DNA of 57,237 nt, the filler included, from Catajapyx aquilonaris (Eukaryota), in assembly GCA_000934665.2 (NCBI GenBank). It is 3 parts of 3 records of this genome, joined end to end, with 100 filler letters (N's around TTAATTAATTAA, not from the genome) between each part and the next. Parts side by side here need not be neighbours in the genome. Positions count along the whole stretch, not along the records: positions 1 to 19,006 come from KZ539555.1; positions 19,107 to 38,147 come from KZ539556.1; 1 more part is not named here. One strand, written 5' to 3'. Of this stretch, positions 12,332 to 24,734 are shown in pieces. Under the pieces are notes generated by a model. That model saw only the letters and a program-made list of their open reading frames with translations, did no database searches and had not been told where the DNA came from. The translations under genes were made by a program, and so were the position numbers. Each line of letters opens with the position of its first letter. The stretch's first letter is position 1.

Positions 12332-12608
12332 TTCATACCCCGTTATCAGCCTATCAGCTCTTTAGGGGGGAAGTTTGTTGTTTTGCCTGGAACTATTTGC
12401 TTTCATTTTACTGCGCTTTTTGGGATAGGATAGGGACGGAAGGAAGCGGCGGTGGCCTATTAATTACGGAAACAACACCGGAATTTTCCTGGAAGGACCG
12501 TGGAAAACCACAGAAAACCACGGTCAGAGTTGCCGGCCCCGGGATTTGATCCCAGGACCTCCCGATTAGCAGTCGGACACCATATCCCCTACTCCAAACT
12601 GCTTCGGT
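12332..12608 (-). mobile_element. tRNA-derived SINE
   Basis: Near-identical to 36489-36770; tRNA-like head at the right end, (ATT)n tail on the minus strand. Confidence 0.85.
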
Positions 12609-12610
12609 TA

Positions 12611-12611
12611 T

Positions 12612-12703
<92 letters not shown>

Positions 12704-12715
12704 TAATAACAATAA
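12611..12715. repeat. (AAT)n microsatellite
   Basis: Direct inspection. Confidence 0.95.
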
Positions 12716-13960
12716 TCTATAAATAAGTTTGTTTGTGGGTTTGTGGATTTGTTTGTGGCTTCGCTATAGAAATCCAGGGGAATGCCCCTACACCGCCTTC
12801 AACTAGTTCATCGGGGGTTACTTTTTTCGAGGAATTTAATGGCGCATGTTTCAGCTTCCGAAAATGATCGTAACTCCCACGGCACTCTATACCGCCTTTC
12901 CTTGGGCCATCACTCGCCAACAATATCAAAAAGCATCGCCAAGGAAACAAAAAATTAGAATTGCATTGTCGGAGATATCGGCTGTCCCTTTTCTGTTTCT
13001 CGATGCCTCTGAAGAAGCGTTACACATTACAACAATCACCTGCTGCCAAACGTCAAAGGACTAAAGAGGCAGCAAGAAACCGCAGCAGAGCCCCTGTCCC
13101 ATCTGGAACTCCAAGCAGCGAGACAAGCTGAACAGAGGCAGCAAGAAACTGCAGCAGATTTTTAGGCACATGCCTATTTAGTTCCTGAACAGTTGGGATG
13201 GTTTTGTGAAGAGATCTATCTGTTTCATAAGTGCAGGATGTGGAAAATGTAGGTTTTATAGTGCCTAATGGCCTATTTCGTGGTTTTGGGAACTATTTTG
13301 CCTATTCTGCCTTTTTGCGACTTTTCATGCCTATTTGGCCTTCTATGGGATAATTTTTGAACTTTGAACTTTTTGAAGTAATTTCGGGACTTTTGGGCCT
13401 ATTTCTTCAGAGGCATGTTTGGTTTTTTTGCGGAGTATTTTTGTGCTCCTGAAAGGACCTAAATCAGTCAGAAGTAATACTACATATCATGTGTCTGTGA
13501 CGCATATACCAAATATTTCCTCTGATTGTTCCAAACTGAGGAAAATTTAGAAAATGTTGGGCAACCTATAGTGCACGTGGAAACTGGCTAAAGCAGTCGA
13601 GTCCAGAGCAAGTGATACTTGCTTGCACTTTGTGCCTTTTCGTTATTCCTGTCAGTTTATCGTTGTTATTCGGTTTTTGCTGTGGTTTGTGACCTTATAT
13701 TTTTACTTTAGGGTTTAGGTCTATAAAATTATTATAGCTTTTTATTATCCTCCATACTCCCGAAAAAGTAAAAAATTTGTGCCCATTTGAGGGTGATTTG
13801 TGCCTAAAAATACCGACTCTATACTTATAAGGCCTGTTTAAAGGCACATCGAGTTTCGAGTGTATGGAACGCAAATTTTACAAACAAACTTCCTTAATTA
13901 TACGTACCCCTACCTTTACCAGCACCCCAACATACTCGGGCAACGCCAGGTACCTGCTAG
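12716..13960 (+). mobile_element. Non-autonomous Helitron-like element
   Basis: 5' A|TCtataaataagtttgtttgt; 3' GC-rich stem cgggcaacgccagg followed by CTAG|T; no TSD; inserted into an AAT tract. Confidence 0.65.
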
Positions 13961-14046
13961 TAGTAACAACAACAACGACAACAACAACAACAACAACAAC
14001 AATAATAATAACAATAATAATAATAATAATCATCATAATAATAATA

Positions 14047-14303
14047 ATGGATACCGCTTGATGGGACCTCTTGCACGTTTAAGGGATCATCTTTTAACTA
14101 ACAGACTTTAATCATTGCCTATGCTGTGATATATTTTTGATTGTGGGAGGAAATGGAAGAGCCCTGAGAAAACCCACATGGCCTCGGAGAGAACACATCG
14201 AAACTCTATCCATGTAAGTATCCTCTGTCCGATCCAGGGATCAAACTCGGGACCTTAAGAGGCGGAAGGCTGTGGCGCTAACTACTACACGACCGTGCCA
14301 CCC
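14047..14303 (-). mobile_element. V-SINE-like SINE, second copy
   Basis: Reverse complement of 2665-2926; its tail merges into the (AAT/AAC)n tract at 13965-14048. Confidence 0.8.
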
Positions 14304-14937
14304 TGCATGTGGATACGGTCCCCGGCGGGTTAACTTGGCAGTCCACCCTCCCAACACTCCCAGCCAATGGCGTGCCTGGATTGGGATGGGGTGGTGGGGG
14401 GGGGGGGGGGGGNNNNNNNNNNNNNGGGGGGGGGGGGGGGAGGGGAAATGGAGGAGTCGAGGTGGAGTGGGGATGAGTGACATTCACCGGATCAGTTGCC
14501 GGACGCTTCGCCGGAAGGAAGGCCGGATGCTTGAAATACATGTGTATAGGCCTACATATTATCATTAAAGGTTTGCTTTAAGATGCGTGTCGCAACAATT
14601 CACGTTATCAATATTTCCAAGTTTAATTGTCATCACAGTAGGGCTTAAGAGGTCTGCGTGGCGGAGGGACGTGACGTAGAAGGCAGCGGGAGGTAGGGGG
14701 TAGAGGAGGTAGGGAGCGGCGGGGGTTGCCAGAAACCCCCACCCTGACACGTTAGGGGGCAACCTACTATATTTGTCACACACTGCTTCCCAACTCAAAA
14801 TTCAGGCCAACTAAAGCCACGAGTGGATCCTCCTGTACATAACACAGCGTTGTCATTGTTGTAACTCAGCATCTAGACCTTTATGGACTCTGTACTTGTA
14901 AATCATGGTGCTCTTTTGATTGTGTATCCCCAACAGT

Positions 14938-15190
14938 GGGAGAGGTGGCTGGCACTGCGGGAACGTACACTCCCACGAATGGAAGGGTCCCGGGTTCGTG
15001 CCCAAGCCTGTGCATTTCCCCCCTTCATCTCGTGTAGAGTTAGGTCTTCTAACTCCGTCTCAGATGTGATTCCTTGAGACTAACCACCTGGGGGAACTCA
15101 CAAACTGACCGAGTACCATCACTGCACTTGCACCTCACCTCCCCCTCCCCCCTGCTAGCAGATGCAGGCGCTTTGTAAAAAGGTTCCAAA
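14938..15190 (+). mobile_element. Degenerate tRNA-derived SINE (related to 27686-28037)
   Basis: gggtcccgggttcg B-box region, ccacctgggggaactcaca and cactgcacttgcac shared with the 27686 copy; end approximate. Confidence 0.55.
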
Positions 15191-15549
15191 AATGTACAGT
15201 ACACAAAGGTATAATGAAGGTCCGTGCTAAACACCTCGGAATGAGGTCAAGCACTCCCTGGATTAGTATGATTGTGCATTCCCAACATTGTAAACACACA
15301 TTGTCTTGCCTAATGTCACTCTGCACTTGCAATGCATGGTCTCAGATCTGATATTCCAGTTGTTTCCAGCTTCAGATTTACTTACTTTGTTTCTGGCAGA
15401 CAATCACACCAAGTTAACAATGGCGTGTGATTGTGCATGAATATTTCATTTCCGCACACATCCTACACAAAACAACTTGGCGTAATTGTGATATAAGGAC
15501 AATTACCTTGAAACTTGCATCACCGGCTCCAAAACTACGAGGGCCTTAC

Positions 15550-16090
15550 CAAATTGATTTACAATTTATTTATTTTTGCCACAAACACAGGGGCCTTACA
15601 GGTCGGCAGATAAGTTCATATTATCGATAGAATCCTCTTGGAGCTGAATGCACTGCCTTTACCACTTTTACCAGGCCCTCCAGGAGCCACTTTTTGGTGG
15701 TGCGGCGCACCCACCCCCAGACAACTGCTTCCAGTTCAACAATGCCCTCGAAATGGCATTGGAGAAGGGATAATTTTCATGGATCTGGACAGGTGGAAAG
15801 CCACTGGAGGCCAGGCTGGGACAGTACAGCAGGTGTGGAAGCATCCAAACCCAGATCTATGAAAAAACCCCTTCACCAACACCATTTCAAGGGCATTGCT
15901 GAACTGGAAGTAGTTGTCTGAGAGTGGGTGCACTGCACCACCAAAAAGTGGTACCTGGAGGGCCTGGAGAAGCTGGCACACCTGTAAGGCCAGTCAGTTC
16001 CAGGAGGATTCTATCGATAATATGAGCCAATCTGCCAACCTGTAAGGTCCCTGTGTTTGTGACAAAAAACAACAATTATAAATCAATTTT
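15550..16090. mobile_element. ~540-bp foldback element
   Basis: Left and right halves are reverse complements (e.g. catattatcgatagaatcctc / ggattctatcgataatatg). Confidence 0.8.
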
Positions 16091-16688
16091 GCACAGCCAT
16101 CATATTATGTTATGGTGTAACTTAAAGAGGGCAACTGTACTGAAATGATTATGATTATCTGAAAACGCATATATTCTGCACCAGGAGCAGGATGTCATAC
16201 TGTTTGTATATAAAAAACAGATTCATCGTTCTCTTTGTTGTTTCACACTAATAGAGTAATAATGGTAAAATCATCAGGGAATCTGCATGTTATCAAACAA
16301 GAGCAAAATGCTTACATTACTGTTGACAATAATAATACTAAAAGTCGTCCTACTATCAGATGTTTAAATACTGGCCCCTGTGTTTTACTCTAAAGAACTC
16401 CCAGGAAAATGGTCCAAAAAAATAACTTTATACATCGTTAGAAAGCTTGTTTAAATCCATGTTACATATATCCAAGTTGTTTACCTATCTTCATTGTGTA
16501 ATTTTTTATAGCAAGAAGAACACGGAAAGGTTGTCATTTTTTGACTAGTTGCCGACGTTACACAACAAAATGATTTTTTTACGACACTCCTCGGAGGCCA
16601 AAAAATTCCCTGTGAACCCTGGATAGTGCAAATCTTTGTCTATCTAATGATAGATTTGAAACTTACAATCATAAGTAAGTTGCACACC

Positions 16689-18024
16689 CAGTGTTCGAAA
16701 TTGGGATACATAGGCAGGTCGCCAGTGGCACCTGATATGTATAGCATGGTCGCCAAAACTGTATGTCTAGTCGCCATTATTTTATTTTATTATATATCAT
16801 TACTGTTCCACAGCATAAAATAGCCTATAGTTATAGTGTACAGCGTTAATATGCATCACAATTCAGAAGCATATTGGGGAGGTGTGGTGGCCGTGATGGT
16901 AACGTCACGGCTTGCTGAGTGAAAGGCCCCAGGTTCGATCCCCGCCTGGGGAACTTTCCTTTCACCTGCGTCGGGAGGGTCTCTGACCTGCACCAAGGAG
17001 GTGTCTGGCAACCTAACCTCCTGGGGAACAGCACATGACCCATTAGCTATGACATTGCACCTTGCACCCATGTTCCCTCCCCAAAAATCCATATCCTTTC
17101 CCATTGTCCCTGTTTCCTTGCACCGGTGAATGAAGCGAAAATATATCAGAAAACTGATGGTGGTATGCAACCCCCCAATATCTCCCATAAGGGACATCAC
17201 GGGGTAAAAAATAAAAAATAAAAAATAAAATAAAATTCAGAAGCATATATTAGTATTTTACCAACTGCTTCTTTTTAGACACGGAACTGCAATAATAGCC
17301 TATACAAATCACATCAATGATGGATTCACTTTGTTCCTCGGTGTTGATTTTATGCTGGCAGACTCCTCTTCTTCCTCGTCAGCCGGTTTGCTGACTTTGG
17401 CAATGCTACTGCCCACAAAAAAATCCAAAATCTTGTTGTTTTGCCATTTTCCTCGGGAGAGCACTTCTCGAGTCCGATCCGCCTCTCTTGCCGACTGCGA
17501 CTCGAAATCAGTCGAAAGAGTGGAAAGACTATCTAAGACTATTTCGAAACTTCTCTCTCTCTCCCCTGTCCCCCACCCCTCCCCCTCAACCCTCAAGGCC
17601 TCAATGCACTCATGACTTATACCGGTCATCGACCTTGGACCTTCTTCACCACACCTTCCGTTCCCTCCTCCTAATTATGTCCATCCTGTCGCCTGTCCCG
17701 CTTTCCCTTTTCCCCTCCTCTACATCTGGCTGTGACCCCGCGTAGCCGAGTCCTTCCTGCTATCCTGCAACCTTATTTACCCCAACTTGGAACTTGAACT
17801 TGACCCCCGGAGTGAGGACCCCAATAAATACCAGGCGCGCTTCATGATAATGAGCCACCAGCAGAATCAGCACTGCAGGAACGAAATTGAAAATACGAGG
17901 CAGAAATACAGTATTGGGAGGGAAAGCTAGTCGCCAAAGTGGCGACTAGACATCTTTATTCAGTCGCCAATGGATGACCTAAAGTCGCGAAATGCGACTG
18001 GCGACCGGTTAATTTCGAACCCTG
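16689..18024. mobile_element. Non-autonomous hAT element
   Basis: TIR cagtgttcgaaatt / aatttcgaaccctg; 8-bp TSD tgcacacc (16681-16688, 18025-18032); subterminal gtcgcca repeats. Confidence 0.85.
16875..17233 (+). mobile_element. tRNA-derived SINE nested in the hAT element
   Basis: A/B boxes (tggccgtgatggt, ggttcgatcc), (TAAAAA)n tail, 15-bp TSD aattcagaagcatat (16860-16874, 17234-17248). Confidence 0.9.
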
Positions 18025-19006
18025 TGCACACCTCAGTTATCTCGGCTGTTTCTCATCCGAATTACTTCGCAAATGTATCGACGGCAAGCCGGAAATGTGT
18101 GATAAAATTACAACGTGCTGTATTACACTACAATTTTTAACAGTATTGTTTTAGTACTGTTAATAAACAAGTACCCAGCCTGCTTTCTGGCGGGAATAGA
18201 CGGCAATACTTTTAAATAAGTTTAAAATTGTAAGTGTAATAGAGCACGGTGTAATTTTATCAGGCACATTTCTGGCTTGCCGTCGATACATTCGCAAAGT
18301 AATTCGGATTATAAACAGCCGAGATAACAGAGGTGTGCAATTAACTTATTATGATTACACAAATGGCGATTTCTAAGTTTCAAATATATCATTAGATAGA
18401 TAAAGATTTGCACTATCCAGGGTTCACAGGGGGAATTTTTTGTCCTCCGAGAAGTGTCATAAAAATTCATTTTGCGGCGTAACATCGGCAACTAGTCAAA
18501 AAATGACACCTTTCCATGTTCTTCTTGCGATAAAGAATTACACAATGAAGACCAGTAAACAACTCGCATATATGTTACATAGATTTAAACTAGCTTTCTA
18601 ACGATGTATAAAGTTATTTTTTTGTACCATTTTCCTGGGAGTTATTTCGAGTCAAACACAGGAGCCAGTATTTTAAAATCCGATGGCAGAAGTGTTGGCT
18701 TCAGTTTCCCTTCATTCTAAATTATACAGGGTGTGTCAGAGTCACAGGTCAAGCGCGCGCGAGGGAGTGGGGAAAAATCGTAGGTGGCGGCAACCCCGGT
18801 CGGTTTTATAAAATAATTAGAAATACGGCAGTAATCAATTTATTTATTACGGTCTACGGCGTGACGTCACATCCTTTCTGTATTCGAAATGACCCCCGCG
18901 GACTGGCAAATGCAAGGCAAATGCTTTCGGTTGAATGGGTTTTTAGCCTTGCGGGTTGCACTGAAAAAGGCGCTCTCGTGCTACACCACCAGGGTACTGA
19001 ACACAC

Positions 19007-19106
19007 NNNNNNNNNNNNNNNNNNNNNNNNNNNNNNNNNNNNNNNNNNNNTTAATTAATTAANNNNNNNNNNNNNNNNNNNNNNNNNNNNNNNNNNNNNN
19101 NNNNNN
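19007..19106. other. Artificial contig-join spacer
   Basis: 44 N + TTAATTAATTAA (stops in all six frames) + 44 N = 100 bp; same as 38148-38247. Confidence 0.95.
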
Positions 19107-19226
19107 TAAATGCGGGAGGGTTGGCAGCTCTGATATTGAGGAACTATTTTTTACTCCCTACTTCTAGTTTTTTGTGCTTACATGATCTAAATTGTATAAG
19201 TTTGTACAGAGAAAACAAAAGGTAGT

Positions 19227-19395
19227 TCTGCCGTCAGATGTAAGAAGACCGTAACTCAAAAACCAGTAAGGGTGAAAGTCACATGCCTGTCCTGGACTAA
19301 TCCCTCCTGACTCCAAGGGGATTAGTGCAGGGCGTGCATGCGACTTTCACCCTTACTAGTTTTTGAGTTACGGTCTTCTTACATCTGACGGCAGA
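19227..19395. mobile_element. Palindromic MITE
   Basis: Near-perfect ~70-bp arms tctgccgtcagatgtaagaagaccgtaactcaaaaac / gtttttgagttacggtcttcttacatctgacggcaga. Confidence 0.85.
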
Positions 19396-19700
19396 GTTGT
19401 AGTTATTCCAAAACATTGTAAAACAAAATGGTGTTAATGCTGGTATTGCTTGTTTACACAGCAGTAATCGTAATGGGATATAAATATTGCATCACATGTA
19501 AATAAAAAATAAAGAAAAGAACTGGTATTTCCATAGTTAAAACTGATCTTGGTAAGTTGCAATTATCATCCTCAGACCCCTGGTATTACTGGCAACATCT
19601 CACAGTATCACTGATTGTATGCAGCTCTTTTTATTTAAAAAAAGTATCCAGTTGTAGTTAGCAAGTACGTAGTTGGTGGGGGACCTCATGTATCACAATA

Positions 19701-20074
19701 CAGTGCTGGACATATCGCATCCCGGCAATAACAGGGGCACAAGTACAAAAATGACGATTTTGACTTATTACTCGAGCAGGGTCCATGACCGTGTGCACAT
19801 TCAGAATGCATGTTCTGATTTTAAAAAATTAATAATTAAAAATTCTGATTATTCGAATGCTGCATCAATACCTGATTTATGATAACACTACACCAACACT
19901 ATACAACTTTCAAAGTGCTCTCCTGTGAAATTGACTTTTTGGACTTGTGCCCCTGTTATTGCCAGGGTGCGATTATTAGCAGTCCCTAAATGTTTATTTT
20001 TCAGCATTGGTGGCACTGGCGTTACCTGGCAACTAAGTAAACATTTAGGGACTGCTAATAAATGTCCAGCACTG
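19701..20074. mobile_element. Tc1/mariner-type MITE with a small nested inverted-repeat element (~19974-20061)
   Basis: TA|cagtgctggacat ... atgtccagcactg|TA; inner arms tattagcagtccctaaatgttta / taaacatttagggactgctaata interrupt the right TIR. Confidence 0.75.
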
Positions 20075-20272
20075 TACCTTTACCACTACACAAGTGCTGT
20101 GCTTTTTATTTTTCTGAATGAGGCAGAAATGCATTACTAAAACAACTGGTGACAGTTAAGACACTGTTGCCATTTGACCTCAGGTCTGTGGAAGATATGA
20201 CGAATCTGGTGTCCCAGCATGGCACTTGAAGGAAACAAAACCGCAATTCAGGGTACAGGTCAGACCTTAGAG

Positions 20273-20562
20273 CAGTGGTTCCCAATCGCTTTCGTATCGT
20301 GAACCTATCTACAACCTTTCCTTAGCCTGGTGACCCTTATAACCCAAGCTCGATATTTTTCCCCAAAATTTTTAATTACAAAAAATGCTCAACCAGGTAC
20401 AGTACACTGCTTACTTAAATTTGAGTTGAATTCCCCCCTCCATTTTTCCTTCTTTTCTCTTCTTTCCTTATTTTTATTCATTTTTCCTGACCCTCCCCTC
20501 GACCCTCAAAAACATGTTGGCAACCCAATTTTGAGTCATGACCCTAGGGTTGGAAACCACTG
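20273..20562. mobile_element. hAT (Charlie-like) MITE
   Basis: TIR cagtggttcccaa / ttggaaaccactg; 8-bp TSD ccttagag. Confidence 0.85.
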
Positions 20563-23007
20563 CCTTAGAGTCACCCTGTATATTATAGACCAGTGGATCA
20601 CGGCATGTACTACATTCTGCATAACAACTGATGTTTGAGTTTAAACCGCGATCTGAGCTGCAGTTTAAACCTCTCTCCGGGCTAAACCCCGTGTTTGCAA
20701 GCGGAACCACGGTTTAAACTCTGTCTCTGCAATCCACCCTATGGGTTCAGTCCTAATCACCCCTGATAAGCATGCAGATTTTCAGAAATTACTCTATGGC
20801 TTCTTGGAACATGGGAGTTCCCAAGCTCACAAGAATCAGCCGAAAGCATGAGAACAAGAAGCCAATCTCGAACCGAAGTCGACCGTTCAGTTCTCTCTCA
20901 CTCCAAAATGCCAAGAAGTCACTGGAAAACACCGGTTCTCGCGAGCCTGTGACTGCAGAAGCTGTTACGGAATGTCTAGCATTCCTGACTCCTACTCATC
21001 AGTAAATGATGGGGAACCCGTTCTTTCTCATTATATTGTTCTATCATGGTCATCTTTGTGTAATGAAAAACTAGTCTCATGCACCTGCTGGGACAAAGAA
21101 GTTGGGGGCGGACGGAGGAGGTTCGAAGCATGATTTAAAAAATTGTGCCATGCTACAACTAGCATACAACGCTCTGAACACGTACCTTCTTGAAACTTAT
21201 TCTTGGGTGGCATACTGGCTATATGAACTTTTGATGCCGTCTTAGAATTTGGTGTGGGAGGTAAATGGCAGCTTCTAAGCACACTCTGGAATAACTTCGG
21301 TAACGGCTGATTTGGCGGTCAGTAATGCCTGATACACTGAGCTTCTTCCTCTCTGTGTGAGTGAGAGATACTCAACCTGGCTCTCATCAAACTCTGTTAA
21401 TGCAATAATGTCAAGTGAAACTACAGAAACTTTGTGGAACGAACTTCCAGTCAGCTCTCTAATATGGATAGGATTAGGCGGATTAGGCTCTACCCGGCTC
21501 AAGTGTAATAGTGTATCAGCTTCAGAGATGCGGGCTCTTGGCTCCTACGGCTCTACCGGAGACGGGATATGGGCTCTACCTCAAGTGCTCAAGACCTCAA
21601 GTGCTATTTTTGGCCGTGTGTTGGCGCTGACTGCAGCGTCTTGCCCTGACGACATCAGGCGGACGATACTAGAACCACTTGGCAACTCATATTTCCCTGT
21701 ATTTCCCTCTTCGGGCCAAGAGCTCTTGCCGGTACTTATAATTTGATTAATTGTTTTGACTTCCTTGAACAGTACTATTGTGGTCTTTGATATAATTGTG
21801 AAAGACCACAATGTAGTACTCTTCAAGAAAGTTAAAAAAAATCCAATTATAAAATCCATGTTTTTGACTTTCTTGAACAATAGCTACCGGTACTATTGTG
21901 GTCTGTGATACGGAAAGGAGCCCCAGGTCTCATGAAGAGTTATTTGGTTGTATCAATGTAATAATATGAACATTTAATAAATGGTATTTGCCTATTTATG
22001 ACTGTGTTGTATCAAGGTTGTATTTAATTGCTGCTAAGAATTCATACAGCACATTTTATAGTGTTGTTTCTTGGTTGTATATATACAACACTATAAAATG
22101 TGCTGTATGAATTTATAATAGCTGCAGTATTGCTATTATAAATTCTGCTTTTTGATGAACGTGGCCCATTTTCGAGTTAAACAATTATAAGCGCTATGAT
22201 GGAGAAAATATCATGTTTATCTTAATGAACCTTTCGTAGTGATACTGCAACAATTTTTAGTATTGTAGGAAAAAGGTCAGGGGTAGGATCGCACAAAATT
22301 CGAGTGAAGGTAAGTCACTCAAATTTGAGGTCTTGAGAATACTCAAATTGAGAAGAATTTATACTCAAACTGATTCAGGTAATGCTCACATTTTGAGCGA
22401 CATAAAAGTGCTCAAGTAAACGACTCAAATTAATTGCTTCCAATTTTAAGGTGAAGGTGGAGTGAAAAATCACTCAAATGGGGCTGAAAACCACTCAAAG
22501 AAATTTACAGAGATACAGTACTGTACTGTACATATCGATGTAACCTGCCACAATGCACCAGAAAATACAGAGGAAAGAAGAGCAGGTATACGTTCGTGTG
22601 TTTGGTCTCGGAAGTGTTGAAGTGATGCGTTCATGTTTAGATTGTGTTATCATCAAATATTTCAAAAAAAAAATTAAATTCAAAATTTTCAATTGTAATT
22701 TTTAAACTAGGGTTAATGTGAAACGACGTAAAATGGAGCGGCGTAAAACGGGTACTTCCAGTATAGGAAATCTTTCTTGGCCGTTTCACAACCAGCAGGC
22801 TATCATAATTTTCAATTGATCATTGTGATTTCGTTTATGGATCATGATTTCCGTGTTCTGAATATGTGATAGGAGACATGGCAAATCATGCATTTTCCCT
22901 GGGTTGTAAATAAAAAGCGCTGAAATAGGTAGCCTGCTTTTGATAATGGCCTACTGACTTATTGCAGTATGATTTACTGCGATCTGTACTTACGAACGGT
23001 ATAGATA

Positions 23008-24086
23008 CAGGTAGTACCCGTTTTACACCGGTAATTGGTTCCCGCAAAACGCGGCGTTAAATGAAAAGGGGTAAAACGAGACAAAATTATAATGGAAGTA
23101 AATGAGATGGGTTCCAAGATTTCCAAAAAAATATCCCTGATACAGATTACAGTGCTTAAATTGCTGTTTTTAATGCCGACTATTTCAAACATTATTTTAT
23201 AATGCACGTTTAATGGTTAAAGGGACACTCCACTCAAAATACAAGTTGGGCTCTAAAAATCGGGCAAAAAATCCTGACTCCGAAGGTATAAGCAGTTTTT
23301 CTGAGAGACGAACGGTAAGGCCAGGGCGAAAGCTGGAAGTGTGTCGTTCGAAAACCGCGCTCAAACGCCCGGCGCAGGTGGCGACGCCACCCTTTGAGGG
23401 TGACGTGGATAGTAGCGCCACCCTTTCCAACGGCGACTTGGATAAGTTGCCTGCGGGTATGGGGAGGTATGGAGATCCGTGGGGACACGTGGGGATCTGG
23501 TTGTGTCCGAAGCCGACTTCCTCTAGTGCCCGTTGGGAAGGGCGGCGCTCTATCCAACGTCGCCTAACTTGGTCAGGTGGCCAGGCGGAGCCACTCTCGA
23601 ATTTTTTTCCGACTTTCGTCTCTTCCCCTGACATTACCGTTCGTCTCAGAGATAAACGGATGGTATCACCGGAATCAGGATTTTTGGCCTGATTTTTACA
23701 GATCAACTTGCATTTTGAGTGGAGTGTCCCAGGTGAAGGTGAAGGGTGATCTGGTTCTGGGGGCTCTTTTCCCTTCTTTTGGCAAGAACTGCAGTAGACG
23801 TAGGGTATTTAACAGATTTCGGAGGGTTCCGATGAGACCAACAACGCGGTACTGTATTTATCGATAGAACCCGCCACAAGGCACCACGAAAGACAAAAAA
23901 ATAGCATTATTTTATGGTCGTGCGTTTGGACTCAAAAGTGTTGAAGTGTTGTGCTCATGTTCAGATTGTGTTGTTATCGTCATATTTGTCACAATTTTTC
24001 AATTTAAAAATTTTACAATGTAATTTTCAAACCGGTGTTAATGTAGAACGGCGTAAAATGGAGCGGTGTAAAACGGGTACCTACTG
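23008..24086. mobile_element. pogo/Tigger-like non-autonomous element with a nested insertion
   Basis: TA flanks, TIR gtacccgttttacaccg / cggtgtaaaacgggtac; partial second copy at ~22520-22765. Confidence 0.7.
23221..23731. mobile_element. Nested TIR element (Kolobok-like left end)
   Basis: ttaa|agggacactccactcaaaatacaagttg / caacttgcattttgagtggagtgtccc, ~120-bp imperfect arms; no TTAA on the right side. Confidence 0.65.
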
Positions 24087-24517
24087 TATTTGATAATTGG
24101 ACGGTGTTATGCAATAATGCGTCAACCCACATGAGAACAGTTTTGAGAAAAAGGGCTTTGAAGTCATATACCTGTGAAATTAATTCAGTGTTCTTTTCGG
24201 TCATTTATGGCAGAAGTATGCAGATTATTCGTGTGGGGGAAAAACATGATAACTGACAAAAGAGTAATTTTTCAGGAGAGCGAATTGAAGTTTGAATTTG
24301 CTTAACAAATCATAGGGAATGCTGGTTTTGATCTAGTCCGTGTGGCCATCTCATGCATGATACATGAACTTGGCGTATACCAAACTGTTTGTCATGTCTT
24401 ATACATAGTTGCTAGGTGTTTAGGTAAAAAATGACAAAAATGTCAGTTATCATGTTTTTCCCTCACAGCCCTCATTTCACCTGCGTGATTTTAACTGAAT
24501 GAAAGGATCCTTTAGGT

Positions 24518-24734
24518 CCGCGGTTCTTGGCCTGGGGTGCCCACACCTCCAGGGGGTTCGAGGTGGCTTCCCTGGGGGTGCGAGCAAGGTGCACCTCTGG
24601 ACTCAATCTAACCAAGAGCTAATAACTGGTCTAACTATGAACTTAATCAATCACCCCTGGTAAAGGGGGTGCGACAAGGACCCACATATTGTCTACGAAG
24701 GGGTGCAGTGGCCCGAAAAGGTTAAGAACCTCTG
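24518..24734. mobile_element. hAT (Charlie-like) MITE
   Basis: 8-bp TSD ctttaggt; ends ccgcggttctt / aagaacctctg. Confidence 0.75.

Larger units (their letters stand above)
16348..18691. mobile_element. Large foldback element interrupted by a nested hAT element
   Basis: 16348-16688 plus 18033-18140 form the reverse complement of ~18220-18691. Confidence 0.8.

Noticed and set aside
11947..12549. Long ORFs with poly-I, poly-Y, poly-N or poly-L
   Set aside because: Translations of trinucleotide microsatellites and a SINE; the same applies at 1317-1565, 13860-14111, 25374-25725 and 38792-38980.
23197..23706. Overlapping 159-169-aa ORFs on both strands
   Set aside because: They lie within a GC-rich palindromic element and show no protein motif.
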